A stretch of DNA of 64,000 nt from Acidobacteriota bacterium (GCA_027307335.1 DAHUXD010000019.1:6712-70711), one strand, 5' to 3'; positions 44,458 through 54,195 are shown, counted from the stretch's first letter. The notes: a model not told the origin generated them from the sequence alone. Program-made: numbers and translations.

Positions 44458-46917
44458 TCACTGCAGGTTGAATGTCTTCGTGATGAACACCGCCATCTGG
44501 CCGCGCGTGTTCGGGTTGCCCGGGCAGTAATTGCCGCCGCCGCACCCGCCCGTGATGCTCTCCGTCGCGAGCTGCTCGATCCAGTTGGCGAAGGTCGACG
44601 GACAGGCCACGTCCATGAATGCGCCGACGCATTCGGGAGGCACGTAGGCGGATCCGTGCTCGGCCTTCAGGAGGAACACGGCCATCTGATCGCGGCGGAC
44701 CAGATTCTGAGGGCAGAAGTTGCCGCCGCCGCAGCCGCCGGTGATGCCCTCGTTGGCCATGGCCTCGATCCAGTTGGCGAAGGTCGAGGGGCAGGGGACG
44801 TCGCCGAACATGCCGCTGCAGGGCGGCGGCGTGTAACAGAGCCCGTGCTTGGCCTTGAGGATGAAGACCGCCATCTGCTGGCGCAGCGTGTCGTCGGCCA
44901 CGCCGTACAGCCCGCCCCCGATGCCCGCGGTGATGCCGTTCGAGACGAGCTTCGTGACGTAGGAGTAGAACTGGTTGGCGTTGGGGACGTCGGTGAAGTC
45001 CGCGACGAACGCCTTGACCAGGGTGCCCTTCGAGCCGTCCGTGTTGGAAACGACGAGGTCGTTGGCGGTTCCCGGGGCGAGCGCGGGCGTCGTGGCATTC
45101 ATGTCGTTGTAATCCGTGACGCTGACTCCGGTCGCCGAGATGCCCCCGATCGTGACGGTCGCGCCCGCCAGGAAGTTGGTTCCATGGATGGTCAGGGCCG
45201 TGCCGCCGGACGGCGGCCCCGACTGAGCGCTGATCGAGAAGGGCAGGCGCTGGGAGAACTCGGAGGTGTTGCCGTTGGGATCGGTCGCGGTGACGGAAAT
45301 GCGATCTCCGCTCACCGTCGCGCCCAGCCCCGAGACGTTGAAGGTGACGTTGCCCGAGCCGTCGGTCGTGGCAGGGCCGGAGCCGAGGTAGGCCGCGCCC
45401 TGGACGTATTCGCGCGGGAAGTTCGAGCAGCCCGGGCTCGAGTAGAAGTCGAGCTGGAAGGTCGTGTTCGCGGTCGAGTTGAGAACGCCGGCGACGGTCG
45501 TGCTGGCCCCGTAGGTCACCGAAGAGACGACCGGAAAGTTCTGAAGGTTGTTCGGTCCCGTGTCCGCGTCGCCGAAGTCATTCGCCGTTGCGCCGTCGTC
45601 GTTGAGGTCGATGCCGGTCCCTGCGTTGTCGTGAATCGAGTTGCCGCGGATCGCGGTGCCGGCAACCGGTCCGGTGACTACCACGCCGGTCCCGGCGTTG
45701 AAGGCGATCAGGTTCCCGGCGCCCGGATCGGTGCCGCCGACGGTTACGTTGTCGGCCTGGAGCAGGACGCCCGGACCCTGGTTGCCGAGAGCGATCGTCC
45801 CGGTCACGTCCGTGCCGATGAAATTACCCTCGATCGTCGAGCCCTCCGCGTAAGTCATCGAGATTCCGGAGGTGGTGTTTCCCGAGATGACGTTCCCCGC
45901 GCCGGCGGCTGAGCCGCCGATCGTGTTGTTCCAGCCGCCGGAGGCGATGCCCGAGCTCGCGTTGCCGAGGGGCAAGGTGCCGGTGACGTCGGTGCCGATG
46001 AAGTTGCCCTGGATCACGTTGTTCGTGACCGTGTTGTCGTTCAGGCTGTTGCTGAGGGAGATGCCCCCGAGGTTCCCGGAGATGACGTTGCGCTCGGCCG
46101 GTGTCGTGCCGCCGATGTGGACGCCGGAGGTGACGTGACCGAGCACGATCCCCGGATAGACCCCCGGCAACGCGCCCGTGCCCAGTGCGTTGGTGCCGAT
46201 GAGGTTGCCCTGGATGACGTGGTTCGTGCCGCCGTTCGTCTCGATCCCCACGAAGTTGCCGGAGATGAGGTTGCGCGCCGCCGGCGTCGTGCCGCCGACG
46301 AGGACGTTGGTGATGGCGCCGTCGATCGCGATGCCATAGCCGAGGTTACCCTCGGCCGTCATTCCAGAGGGATCGACGCCGATGAAGTTGCCCTCGATCA
46401 CCATGTTCGACACGTCGACCTGGATCCCGGCGCTCCTGCCGCGGTTGAACACGAGCCCGCGGACGATGCTGCCCTGGCTCGTCCCGGTGAAGAGGAATAT
46501 TCCGAAGCCAAACGATGGGGTCAGGTTGACCCCGTCGAGCTCGATGAGCAGGACGGCGTTCGTTGCCTCCGTCGGCCCGTTCGTGTTCGCGCTCGTGCCC
46601 GGCTGCGTGTAGCCGTCGATCGTGACGGGGACCAGGATGTTGGGATAGTCCGCGGCCGGTGTGATCGTGTGGACGCCGGTCCCGGAAATGTTGAACGCGA
46701 TGGTCGAGCCGGAGTTCGCGTTCGCGAACGTGATCGCGTCGCGCAGCGTGCAGGTTCCCGTTCCGGTCGTCGCGCAGGCGCCCATGGAATCGCCCGTATC
46801 GGTGACCGTCACGGTCGCGGCGTTCGCGGCGCATGCGAGGAGAAGCAGGAGCGTGCCGGAGAGCCACACCGCGACGCGGGGATATCCGACCCGGGACTCC
46901 GGAGTCGAAGCACTCAT
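44458..46917 (-). CDS. Large secreted right-handed beta-helix (pectate-lyase/NosD-like) surface protein with an IPT/TIG domain and a C-terminal triple SLH-like module
   Basis: Signal peptide, many GNxIxGN beta-helix rungs, and three C-terminal repeats of F.DVP..FANWIE...GITGGCGGGNFCP...MAVFL. Confidence 0.75.
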   Translation of the reverse strand: MSASTPESRVGYPRVAVWLSGTLLLLLACAANAATVTVTDTGDSMGACATTGTGTCTLRDAITFANANSGSTIAFNISGTGVHTITPAADYPNILVPVTIDGYTQPGTSANTNGPTEATNAVLLIELDGVNLTPSFGFGIFLFTGTSQGSIVRGLVFNRGRSAGIQVDVSNMVIEGNFIGVDPSGMTAEGNLGYGIAIDGAITNVLVGGTTPAARNLISGNFVGIETNGGTNHVIQGNLIGTNALGTGALPGVYPGIVLGHVTSGVHIGGTTPAERNVISGNLGGISLSNSLNDNTVTNNVIQGNFIGTDVTGTLPLGNASSGIASGGWNNTIGGSAAGAGNVISGNTTSGISMTYAEGSTIEGNFIGTDVTGTIALGNQGPGVLLQADNVTVGGTDPGAGNLIAFNAGTGVVVTGPVAGTAIRGNSIHDNAGTGIDLNDDGATANDFGDADTGPNNLQNFPVVSSVTYGASTTVAGVLNSTANTTFQLDFYSSPGCSNFPREYVQGAAYLGSGPATTDGSGNVTFNVSGLGATVSGDRISVTATDPNGNTSEFSQRLPFSISAQSGPPSGGTALTIHGTNFLAGATVTIGGISATGVSVTDYNDMNATTPALAPGTANDLVVSNTDGSKGTLVKAFVADFTDVPNANQFYSYVTKLVSNGITAGIGGGLYGVADDTLRQQMAVFILKAKHGLCYTPPPCSGMFGDVPCPSTFANWIEAMANEGITGGCGGGNFCPQNLVRRDQMAVFLLKAEHGSAYVPPECVGAFMDVACPSTFANWIEQLATESITGGCGGGNYCPGNPNTRGQMAVFITKTFNLQ

Positions 46918-46986
46918 TTTGCCTCCACGTTTGCGAGGCGCAATCTATCCCACGCGCGAGAAGGGCCGCCGGCGGCGCGGAGAAGC

Positions 46987-47003
46987 TGGTGGAGGCGTTC
47001 GCA
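46987..47003 (-). repeat. tmRNA 3'-end-like direct repeat (att-like scar); extended similarity runs to about 47035
   Basis: TGGTGGAGGCGTTCGCA is identical to 48935-48951. The downstream GGCGGGACGTGAACCGCGTCCGG matches the ssrA 3' end GGCGGGAGTTGAACCCGCGTCCGG. Confidence 0.6.
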
Positions 47004-47042
47004 GGGCGGCGGCGGGACGTGAACCGCGTCCGGGCGCCGGCT

Positions 47043-47324
47043 CTATCGGTAAGCGTCCTTTCGATGGTCGGCGGCCGTCAGGAACACGACACGCTTGTCG
47101 TCGTCGATCTCGTAGAAGATCCGCCAGGCGCCGATCCGGATTCTCCATGTCGGAGGGTCCCACTCCTTGAGGCGCGCCGCGGACGGCACCTCGCGAGGCG
47201 CGGCCCTGAGGACCGGGTAAACGCGTTCCGTCAGAGTGTTCTGGATTCGCCGGGCCGCCTCCGCTCCGAGGCCGTCGAGGTCGCGCCGGAAGCCCGAGGT
47301 CTCGAAGAGCCGATACTCAGACAA
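47043..47324 (-). CDS. RelE/ParE-family type II toxin
   Basis: 93 aa, with WRIRIGAWRIFYEIDDDKRVVFLTAADHRKDAY matching the RelE/ParE fold consensus. It overlaps the upstream antitoxin by 8 nt. Confidence 0.7.
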   Translation of the reverse strand: MSEYRLFETSGFRRDLDGLGAEAARRIQNTLTERVYPVLRAAPREVPSAARLKEWDPPTWRIRIGAWRIFYEIDDDKRVVFLTAADHRKDAYR

Positions 47325-47556
47325 ACCGGCCCTTGCGGGAAGCCGCTTCGCGATGACCTCTCTTCAGGCGTTTCCGAAGAGCGGAATCCGAACGAATCCC
47401 GGCCATCTCGGAATCGGAGACGAAAATCTCCGAGGCGGCGCGTTGCAGGGCGGCCGTCTCGATGAAGTTCGAAACCGAGCGGTTCTGGGCGGCGGCCGCT
47501 TCCGCGATGAGGCGGTATGCCGCGTCGTCGATGCGGACGGTCAACGATTTGGGCAT
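47317..47556 (-). CDS. Ribbon-helix-helix type II antitoxin (ParD/CopG-like)
   Basis: 79 aa, beginning MPKSLTVRIDDAAYRLIAEAAA. Sits immediately upstream of and overlapping the toxin. Confidence 0.6.
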   Translation of the reverse strand: MPKSLTVRIDDAAYRLIAEAAAAQNRSVSNFIETAALQRAASEIFVSDSEMAGIRSDSALRKRLKRGHREAASRKGRFV

Positions 47557-47614
47557 TGCATCACTCCGATGTCATTTTAACATCACAGTGATGCACTCGG
47601 TCAGGACGGAAAAT

Positions 47615-47640
47615 TGGCGGAGGCAGCGGGAGTGGAACCC
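47615..47640 (-). repeat. tmRNA 3'-end-like direct repeat (att-like scar)
   Basis: TTGGCGGAGGCAGCGGGAGTGGAACCC compared with the ssrA TGGTGGAGGCGGCGGGAGTTGAACCC. It lies in a lower-GC stretch. Confidence 0.5.
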
Positions 47641-47777
47641 ATGGAATTCTTGCCAATTCCTGAGTGATTTCGAGCTACCCCCCCGAATTATCCGTCTCTT
47701 TGTCCGCGTTTCCCGGCCGCATCTGGGTTGCTGGCCACTTTGGGGGATTTCCTTCCATACTCCGAGTCGGAGGCACC

Positions 47778-48116
47778 ATGTCGCAAGATCAAGCAGTCGC
47801 TCCCGGACTCGAAGGCGTCGTATTCGCCTCGGCTCTCGTTACCTGCCAGCCCGGAACCGTGGTCAGCCGTACGCTCGTACGGAAGCCGGCCGGCACGGTG
47901 ACGGCCTTCGCGTTTGATGCCGGTGAGGGCTTGAGCGAGCACACGGCGCCGTTCGATGCCTTGGCCCTGGACCTCGAAGGCGAAGCCGAGATTTCCATTG
48001 CCGGCACGCCCCACCGTCTCAGCGCAGGTCAACTTCTAAGGCTCCCTGCTCAACAGCCGCACGCCGTGAAGGCAATCACCCCGTTCAAGATGTTGCTCGT
48101 CATGATCAAAGCATGA
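47778..48116 (+). CDS. Cupin-domain protein
   Basis: GGAGG RBS. Cupin motifs (G..HTAPFDALALDLEGEAEI and P...PHAV). Confidence 0.55.
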   Translation: MSQDQAVAPGLEGVVFASALVTCQPGTVVSRTLVRKPAGTVTAFAFDAGEGLSEHTAPFDALALDLEGEAEISIAGTPHRLSAGQLLRLPAQQPHAVKAITPFKMLLVMIKA

Positions 48117-48174
48117 GACTCCTCCTCGAACGAGGGAGTGAAGCCATGGAGCTCTCGCCGGCAGAGCATTCTCA

Positions 48175-48855
48175 ATGACCGAAACCAGCCGCTGGGACGA
48201 GGCCGGGACCGTCGGGAGCTTCTCCACAGCCGCCGCCAACAGGGTCCTCCTGGAGTTCGTTCGCACCGAAATGGCTCGTTGCCCGAGGCTGCGCATCCTG
48301 GACCTCGGTTGCGGTGCGGCCCGCAACGCCGCACCCATGGCGGCACAGGGGGGCACCGTGGTCGGCACGGACGTGTCCTGGCCGATGCTGGTCGCCGCAC
48401 GCCGGCGGGTCGCAAGAGAAGGCGTGGCCGGACGGGTCGCACTCGTGCGGGGGTCCATGGATTACCTGCCACTGCGCGACGCGAACGTCGACCTCGTGAT
48501 CGCGCACGGGATCTGGAACCTCGCGCGCTCGGCCGCCGAGTTTCGCCGCGCGGTCGCCGAGGCGGCCCGCGTCGCTCGGCCGGGCGCGGGTCTCTTCTTG
48601 TTCACCTTCTCCCGCACCACGCTCCCCCCCGAGGACCGGCCCATCCCGGGCGAGCCCTTCGTGTTCACCCGGTTCGCCGGCGAACCGCAGTGTTTCCTGA
48701 CCGAGGCGCAGGTGAAGGAGGAGCTGCTCCGGGCCGGATGGGAGAAGGACCCGCCCGGGCCTCTCATCGAGTACAACCGACCCGTCGCCGGGAGCGCCAT
48801 CCCACAGGGCGGTCCCGTGATCTACGAGGGGACTTTCCGCCGGCTGGGTCGTTAG
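48175..48855 (+). CDS. Class I SAM-dependent methyltransferase
   Basis: Motif I (ILDLGCGAARNA) and the post-I acidic residue (GTDVS). Confidence 0.7.
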   Translation: MTETSRWDEAGTVGSFSTAAANRVLLEFVRTEMARCPRLRILDLGCGAARNAAPMAAQGGTVVGTDVSWPMLVAARRRVAREGVAGRVALVRGSMDYLPLRDANVDLVIAHGIWNLARSAAEFRRAVAEAARVARPGAGLFLFTFSRTTLPPEDRPIPGEPFVFTRFAGEPQCFLTEAQVKEELLRAGWEKDPPGPLIEYNRPVAGSAIPQGGPVIYEGTFRRLGR

Positions 48856-48934
48856 TCGGCCGCGCTTCGCGCGGCGACCCTGGCAACCCAGCAACGGGCC
48901 GAGAAGCCCAGCCCTCACTTCGATGAATTTGAAT

Positions 48935-48951
48935 TGGTGGAGGCGTTCGCA
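48935..48951 (-). repeat. tmRNA 3'-end-like direct repeat (att-like scar)
   Basis: TTGAATTGGTGGAGGCGTTCGCA. This shares a 17-mer with 46987 and shares TTGAA.TGGTGGAGGCG with the ssrA 3' end. Confidence 0.6.
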
Positions 48952-49153
48952 AAGGATTAGAGCCGCGAGAGACTCTTTGGAGGCAGCCTCGTTCGACGCC
49001 AGAATCCCGCCCCACCAACGCATCGCGGCTGACGCCGCCCGCGGCGTGCCCTCGAGCCGGTCGCCCCCGCGCGCCCCAAGCGCGGGGTGCCTGATGCCTC
49101 TACATCTCGTGGGGAGGACCTTCCCCGGCTAGTGTCGGGCTTCGGAGGCCACC

Positions 49154-50410
49154 ATGCTCGCGTGCAGGTCCTTCATTTGCGCGTTCGCTCTTCTCGCTCC
49201 GCTCGTCCCCGGGACCAACGGGGCGCTCGGACAGGCCTTGCCTCCCGAAAGCGCCAGGGTGCGGCTGGGCGAGAAGCTCTTCTTCGACACGTCGCTCTCC
49301 CGGCCGCCCGGCCAGTCCTGCGCCGACTGTCATGGGCCCGCCGTCGGCTTCACCGGTCCCGACGAGAAGATCAATCGGGGCGGGGCCGTCTACGAGGGCG
49401 CCTTCCACGGGCGCTTCGGCAACCGCAAGCCGCCGAGTATCGCCTACGCCGACGCGCCGGCCTTCGGCATGCGGAAGGAAGACGGCGAAGCCGTGTTCTA
49501 CGGGGGAAGCTTCTGGGACGGCCGCGCCACGGGATCGCGGCTCGGCAGCGCGCTCGCCGAGCAGGCCCTCGGACCGTTCCTCAACCCTCTCGAGCAGAAC
49601 CTCGCCGACGGCGCCGCCGTCGTCGCGAGGGTCTGCGCGGGCAACTACGTATCTCTGCTCAACGAGGTCGCCCAAAAGGAGAAGGGTATCCAGGATGCCT
49701 GCGCGCCCGGAAACGCCGCGGTCGTCTACGACGTCATCGGCCTCTCGATCGCCGCGTACGAGACGTCTCGGAAAGTGCAGCCCTTCTCATCCCGATACGA
49801 CTCCTTTCTCGCCGGCAAGGCTGAGCTCAACGAGCAGGAGAAACTGGGGCTCGCCCTCTTCGCCGGCAAAGGCCGTTGCAGCCGGTGTCATCCGCACGAG
49901 CGCGGTCCGAAGGGAGAGCCTCCCCTCTTCACCGACTTCACTTACGACAACATCGGCCTGCCGCCCAACCCGGCCAATCCCTTCTACAGGATGGGTCCCG
50001 AGCACAACCCGGCCGGCGCGGCGTGGAAGGACCCGGGACTGGCCGGCTTCCTGAAAGAGGATCCGCGCTATGCCCGGTTCGCGGACGAGAACGTCGGCAA
50101 GTTCAAGGTTCCCACGCTGCGCAACGTCGACCGGCGGCCGTCGCCCGGGTTTGTCAAGGCGTACGGCCACAACGGCTTCTTCAAGAGCCTCGAGGAGCTC
50201 GTCCACTTCTACAACACGCGCGACGTCTTTCCCGCCTGCGGCGCGACGAGCGAACCGAAACCGGGGCGCAACTGCTGGCCGGCTCCGGAAGAGCCGCGCC
50301 AAGTCGAGCACGAGAACACCGGGAAGCTCGGCCTGACGGCGAGCGAAGAGGCCGCGATCGTCGTGTTCCTGAAGACGCTCGACGACCAGCCGTCGCCGCC
50401 GGCTCGCTAA
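49154..50410 (+). CDS. Diheme cytochrome c peroxidase (CCP/MauG family)
   Basis: Signal peptide, two heme motifs (CADCHG and CSRCHP), and a conserved Trp/PHN region. Confidence 0.8.
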   Translation: MLACRSFICAFALLAPLVPGTNGALGQALPPESARVRLGEKLFFDTSLSRPPGQSCADCHGPAVGFTGPDEKINRGGAVYEGAFHGRFGNRKPPSIAYADAPAFGMRKEDGEAVFYGGSFWDGRATGSRLGSALAEQALGPFLNPLEQNLADGAAVVARVCAGNYVSLLNEVAQKEKGIQDACAPGNAAVVYDVIGLSIAAYETSRKVQPFSSRYDSFLAGKAELNEQEKLGLALFAGKGRCSRCHPHERGPKGEPPLFTDFTYDNIGLPPNPANPFYRMGPEHNPAGAAWKDPGLAGFLKEDPRYARFADENVGKFKVPTLRNVDRRPSPGFVKAYGHNGFFKSLEELVHFYNTRDVFPACGATSEPKPGRNCWPAPEEPRQVEHENTGKLGLTASEEAAIVVFLKTLDDQPSPPAR

Positions 50411-50736
50411 CCGGGGCCGACCGCCGGGAAGCCGCGACAGCGCGGCCGCGTCCCAAGCCGCTCGTGGAGGGCCCTGGCTATGTTGGCTCGTCGCGAGATG
50501 ACGAGGTTGAACCTCGAGAAGGAACCTGAACGGCCGGTGGCTCCAGGGTCCAGGAAGTCCTGGAGCGACGTACCGAGCTGCTCCTGAGAGCGCTCCTCGG
50601 GAAGATCCTGCTGAAAGCGGCCACGCGGGAGAACGGGAGGTCCTACTCCCGAGCGGTGTCGAAGCTGCAGGTCCTGGCGCTGCTCGACGTCCCATCGACG
50701 CCAGACAGTGCGGAGCCCGGTTCTACGTCATTGAAA

Positions 50737-51097
50737 TGGTGGAGGCGGCGGGAGTTGAACCCGCGTCCGGAAGCGCGACGGGAGAGGCCACTCCATGCTC
50801 AGCCTCTTCTTGGTTCTCGCCCCGCCGCCTCGAGAAGAGGCAAAACGGCGGAAGGGCAACCCCGGATTCGTTTCGCACGAGCGGCCGGGGGACCGCGCGC
50901 GCTACACCCGAATTTCGCGACGTCGGCCGGAGCGCGTCGGGTGCGCTCACCGTCCAACGAGGCTACTTAATTAAGCAGCCAGAGCGAAGTTGCTGTTGTT
51001 CGCAGCTACTATTTTTCACCCTGCTTTTACGAGGAGGGGTGAGACCTCGGCATGCAACCTCTCGCGCCGACGTCCCCGTCGAAGCCGTTTCGCCCCC
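50737..51097 (-). ncRNA. ssrA: tmRNA (SsrA)
   Basis: 5' end GGGGGCGAAACGGCTTCGACGGGGACG and 3' end GGACGCGGGTTCAACTCCCGCCGCCTCCACCA. The internal tag reading frame GCG AAC AAC AGC AAC TTC GCT CTG GCT GCT TAA gives ANNSNFALAA followed by a stop. Confidence 0.9.
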
Positions 51098-51197
51098 ACG
51101 GTGATCTGCGCGAGACTCAAAGATCGGACTGGTAATTTTACCATCCCCTTCATGAATTCTTGACTTGGTCCTCCCGCGAGCATGGAATGCGACGCCT

Positions 51198-51587
51198 ATG
51201 GCCAAGTCCGAAGAGCTCATCGTCGTCGTCACGTCGGTCGGCACCGAGGAGCAGGCGCTCGACGTCGCGCACGCGCTCGTGCGCGGCCGCCGCGCCGCCT
51301 GCGTCAACATCGTGCCGAACATCCACTCGGTCTACCGCTGGAAAGGCCGCGTCTGCGACGACGGCGAGATGCTCCTCATCATCAAGACCCGCGCGTCCCA
51401 GTTCGAGGGCGTGCGCGACACGATCCAGCGCGTCAACACTTACGAGCTCCCCGAGGTCCTCGGGTACCGCGTCGACAAGGCCTCTCCCGGGTTCGCGCAG
51501 TGGATCGAGAAGATGACCGCGGCGCCCAGGGCCGCCGCGAAGCCCAAGCCGCGCCGTCGCGCGGTGAAGCCTCGCAAGAAGAAATAG
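51198..51587 (+). CDS. cutA: Divalent-cation tolerance protein CutA
   Basis: CutA1 fold consensus (VVVTSVGTEEQA...ACVNIVPNIHSVYRWKG...) with a basic C-terminal tail. Confidence 0.75.
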   Translation: MAKSEELIVVVTSVGTEEQALDVAHALVRGRRAACVNIVPNIHSVYRWKGRVCDDGEMLLIIKTRASQFEGVRDTIQRVNTYELPEVLGYRVDKASPGFAQWIEKMTAAPRAAAKPKPRRRAVKPRKKK

Positions 51588-51620
51588 GACCGATGCGACC
51601 GGAAGGGTTCCGGTCCGGCC

Positions 51621-52763
51621 CTACCGCACCGCCGCGAGCGCCTGGTCGAGGTCCGCGATCAGGTCTTCGAGGTCCTCGATCCCGACGGAGATCCGCACGA
51701 GCCCCGGCGTGACGCCGAGCCGGTTGCGCTCCTCCTCGGGAATCGACGCGTGGGTCATCGTGGCCGGGTGCGAGATCAACGTCTCGACGCCGCCGAGGCT
51801 CTCGCCGAGCGAGCAGAGCCGCACCTTCGCGAGGAAGGACTTCGCGTTGTCGAACGAGCCGAGGTCGAAGGAGATCATCGCGCCGAAGCCGGACATCTGC
51901 TTTTTCGCGAGCGCGTGCTGCGGGTGGGTGGGGAGTCCCGGGTAGTTCACCTTCTTCACCTTCGGGTGCCGCGCGAGGTGCTCGGCGATCGCCCGCCCGT
52001 TCTTCTCGTGTCGTTCCATGCGCACGACGAGCGTCTTGATGCCCCGGAGCACGAGCCACGAGTCCATGGGCGAGAGGATCGCCCCCGAGCTGTTCTGCAC
52101 GAAGCCGAGCCACTCGACGTGCTCCTTCGACTTCGCGATCGCCGCGCCGCCGACCGTGTCCGAGTGGCCGCCGAGGAACTTGGTCGTCGAGTGCATGACG
52201 ATGTCGGCCCCGAGCGCGAGCGGCTTCTGCAGGTAGGGGGAGCAGAAGGTGTTGTCGACGACCACGACGGCGCCGTTGCGGTGGGCGAGCTCGGACAGGA
52301 GCGCGATGTCGCAGAGCTGCATCGTCGGGTTGGTCGGCGACTCGAGGTGGAGGAGGCGCGTCTCGGGACGGATCGCTCGCTCGACGTCTTCCGGCCGCGC
52401 CGTGTCCACGAAGGAGAACGCGACGCCGTAGTTCGCCAGGATCTTCGTGAAGTACCGGTACGTCCCGCCGTACGTCATGTTCGAGCAGACGACGTGGTCG
52501 CCCTGCTTCACGAGCGTCGAGATCGCGGTGATCGCGGCCATGCCGGATGCGAACGCCCGCGCGCCGGCGCCGCCCTCGAGCACCGCGAGGTTCTTCTCGA
52601 GGGCCGAGCGCGTCGGGTTCTGCGTGCGCGCGTACTCCCAGCCCTTGTTCTGGCCGAGTCCCTCCTGCACGTACGTCGAGGTCTGGTAGATCGGGACGGC
52701 CACCGCGCCCGTCGAGGGATCGGGCTCGTTGCCGGCGTGGATGCAGTCGGTGGAGAAGCCCAT
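51621..52763 (-). CDS. PLP-dependent Cys/Met-metabolism enzyme (cystathionine gamma-lyase/gamma-synthase/methionine gamma-lyase family)
   Basis: Begins MGFSTDCIHAG...PIYQTSTY and contains the PLP-lysine region STTKFLGGHSD. AAGAGGA RBS. Confidence 0.8.
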   Translation of the reverse strand: MGFSTDCIHAGNEPDPSTGAVAVPIYQTSTYVQEGLGQNKGWEYARTQNPTRSALEKNLAVLEGGAGARAFASGMAAITAISTLVKQGDHVVCSNMTYGGTYRYFTKILANYGVAFSFVDTARPEDVERAIRPETRLLHLESPTNPTMQLCDIALLSELAHRNGAVVVVDNTFCSPYLQKPLALGADIVMHSTTKFLGGHSDTVGGAAIAKSKEHVEWLGFVQNSSGAILSPMDSWLVLRGIKTLVVRMERHEKNGRAIAEHLARHPKVKKVNYPGLPTHPQHALAKKQMSGFGAMISFDLGSFDNAKSFLAKVRLCSLGESLGGVETLISHPATMTHASIPEEERNRLGVTPGLVRISVGIEDLEDLIADLDQALAAVR

Positions 52764-52777
52764 GCTGTCCTCTTTTC

Positions 52778-53740
52778 TCATCCCTTTGGGCGCGATGCCG
52801 CGAAGAGGCCCTGGTCCGGATAGCGCTCGGCGCCGTCCGGAAAGAGCGTGACGACCGTCCTGCCCGGACCGAGCCGCTCGGCGATGCGCAGCGCCGCCGC
52901 CGCCGCCGCTCCCGAGGAGCCGCCGACGCAGAGGCCCTCCTCGCGCGCGAGCGTGCGGCACGTGTCGAACGCCTCCTTGTCGCGGATCTCGAGGACCTCG
53001 TCGATCACGGAGCGGTCGAGGATCGGCCAGAGCTTCGACAGCCCGATGCCCTCGACCTCGTGGGGACCCGGAGGTCCTCCCCGCAGGATCGAACCCTGCG
53101 GCTCGACCGCGACGCGCAGGACGCCCGGCCGCGCCTCTGTGAGCGCGCGCGCCACGCCGACGAAGGTCCCGGTCGTGCCGACGCCCGCGACCCACGCGTC
53201 GATCGGTCCGTCGATCGCGGCGGCGATCTCCGGCCCGGTCGTCTCGAAGTGCGTGAGGGGGTTGACGGGATTGTGGAACTGGTCGGGGACGTAGGCGCCG
53301 GGCGTCGCCGCGGCGATCTCGCGCGCGCGATCGACCGCTCCCGTCATCATGGCATCGGCCGGCGTCCGGACCACCTCGGCGCCGAGCGCCTGCATGAGCT
53401 TCGCCTTGACGTGACCGTATCCCTCGGGCATCACGATGACGCAGTGGTAGTCCTTGACGGCCGCGACCATGGCCAGCGCGACGCCGGTGTTGCCCGACGT
53501 GGCCTCGACGATCGTCCCGCCGGGGACGAGAAGGCCGCGGGCCTCCGCGTCCTCGACCATCGCCTTCGCGATCCGGTCTTTGACCGAGCCCCCGGGATTG
53601 AACTGTTCGAGCTTCGCGAACACGCGGCCCGCGCCGCGGGAGAACCGCGGCAGCTCCACTAAGGGCGTCCGACCGATGCGCTCGAGCAGCCGCGAGGCGG
53701 CCCCTCGCGTGTCGGCCGTCGAGGACACGTTCGTTGTCAC
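52778..53740 (-). CDS. Cysteine synthase/cystathionine beta-synthase family PLP enzyme (no CBS domains)
   Basis: Has the PLP-lysine motif GSVKDR and the GNTG motif. 320 aa. Confidence 0.75.
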   Translation of the reverse strand: MTTNVSSTADTRGAASRLLERIGRTPLVELPRFSRGAGRVFAKLEQFNPGGSVKDRIAKAMVEDAEARGLLVPGGTIVEATSGNTGVALAMVAAVKDYHCVIVMPEGYGHVKAKLMQALGAEVVRTPADAMMTGAVDRAREIAAATPGAYVPDQFHNPVNPLTHFETTGPEIAAAIDGPIDAWVAGVGTTGTFVGVARALTEARPGVLRVAVEPQGSILRGGPPGPHEVEGIGLSKLWPILDRSVIDEVLEIRDKEAFDTCRTLAREEGLCVGGSSGAAAAAALRIAERLGPGRTVVTLFPDGAERYPDQGLFAASRPKG

Positions 53741-53807
53741 GCGATGCCCGACATTAACAAAAAAAGCCCCGGCTGCGAGGCCGGGGCTCGAGTCGACGAA
53801 GAGCGGC

Positions 53808-54107
53808 TCAGTAGGACTGCTGGGAGCGGCGCGCCGAGTAGCACTCGCGGCAGTAGACCGGCTTGCCGTTGGTCGGATTGAAAGGAACCTGCGTCTGCTT
53901 GCCGCAGCCGTCGCAGGTCACGTCGTAGAAAGTGCGCTCGCGGCCCTCGCCCGACGCCATCTTCCGCTTGTCGCGACAGGGCTTGCAGCGCTTGGGCTCG
54001 TTGGTGAAGCCCTTGCGCGCGTAAAACTCCTGGTCGTCGGCCGAGAAGAGGAACGTGCCGCCACAGTCCACGCAGGTGAGGTTCTTGTCCGTGTATTGCT
54101 GCATCAT
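53808..54107 (-). CDS. zf-trcl-type zinc-ribbon protein
   Basis: Begins MMQQYTDKNLTCVDCGGTFLFSADDQEFYARKGFTNEPKRCKPCR, followed by CDGCG...CRECY (four CxxC motifs). Confidence 0.65.
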   Translation of the reverse strand: MMQQYTDKNLTCVDCGGTFLFSADDQEFYARKGFTNEPKRCKPCRDKRKMASGEGRERTFYDVTCDGCGKQTQVPFNPTNGKPVYCRECYSARRSQQSY

Positions 54108-54195
54108 GGAATTTACAGATCTCCTGGGTTTCATCCCTGGGCCGGAAGTCGGCGATGCCGCTCCCGGCGAAAAAAATGACGAATCGTTGTTTACG

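Noticed and set aside
50656-51104. Protein ORFs overlapping the tmRNA gene
   Set aside because: The region folds and encodes as tmRNA, with tRNA-like ends and an ANNSNFALAA tag.
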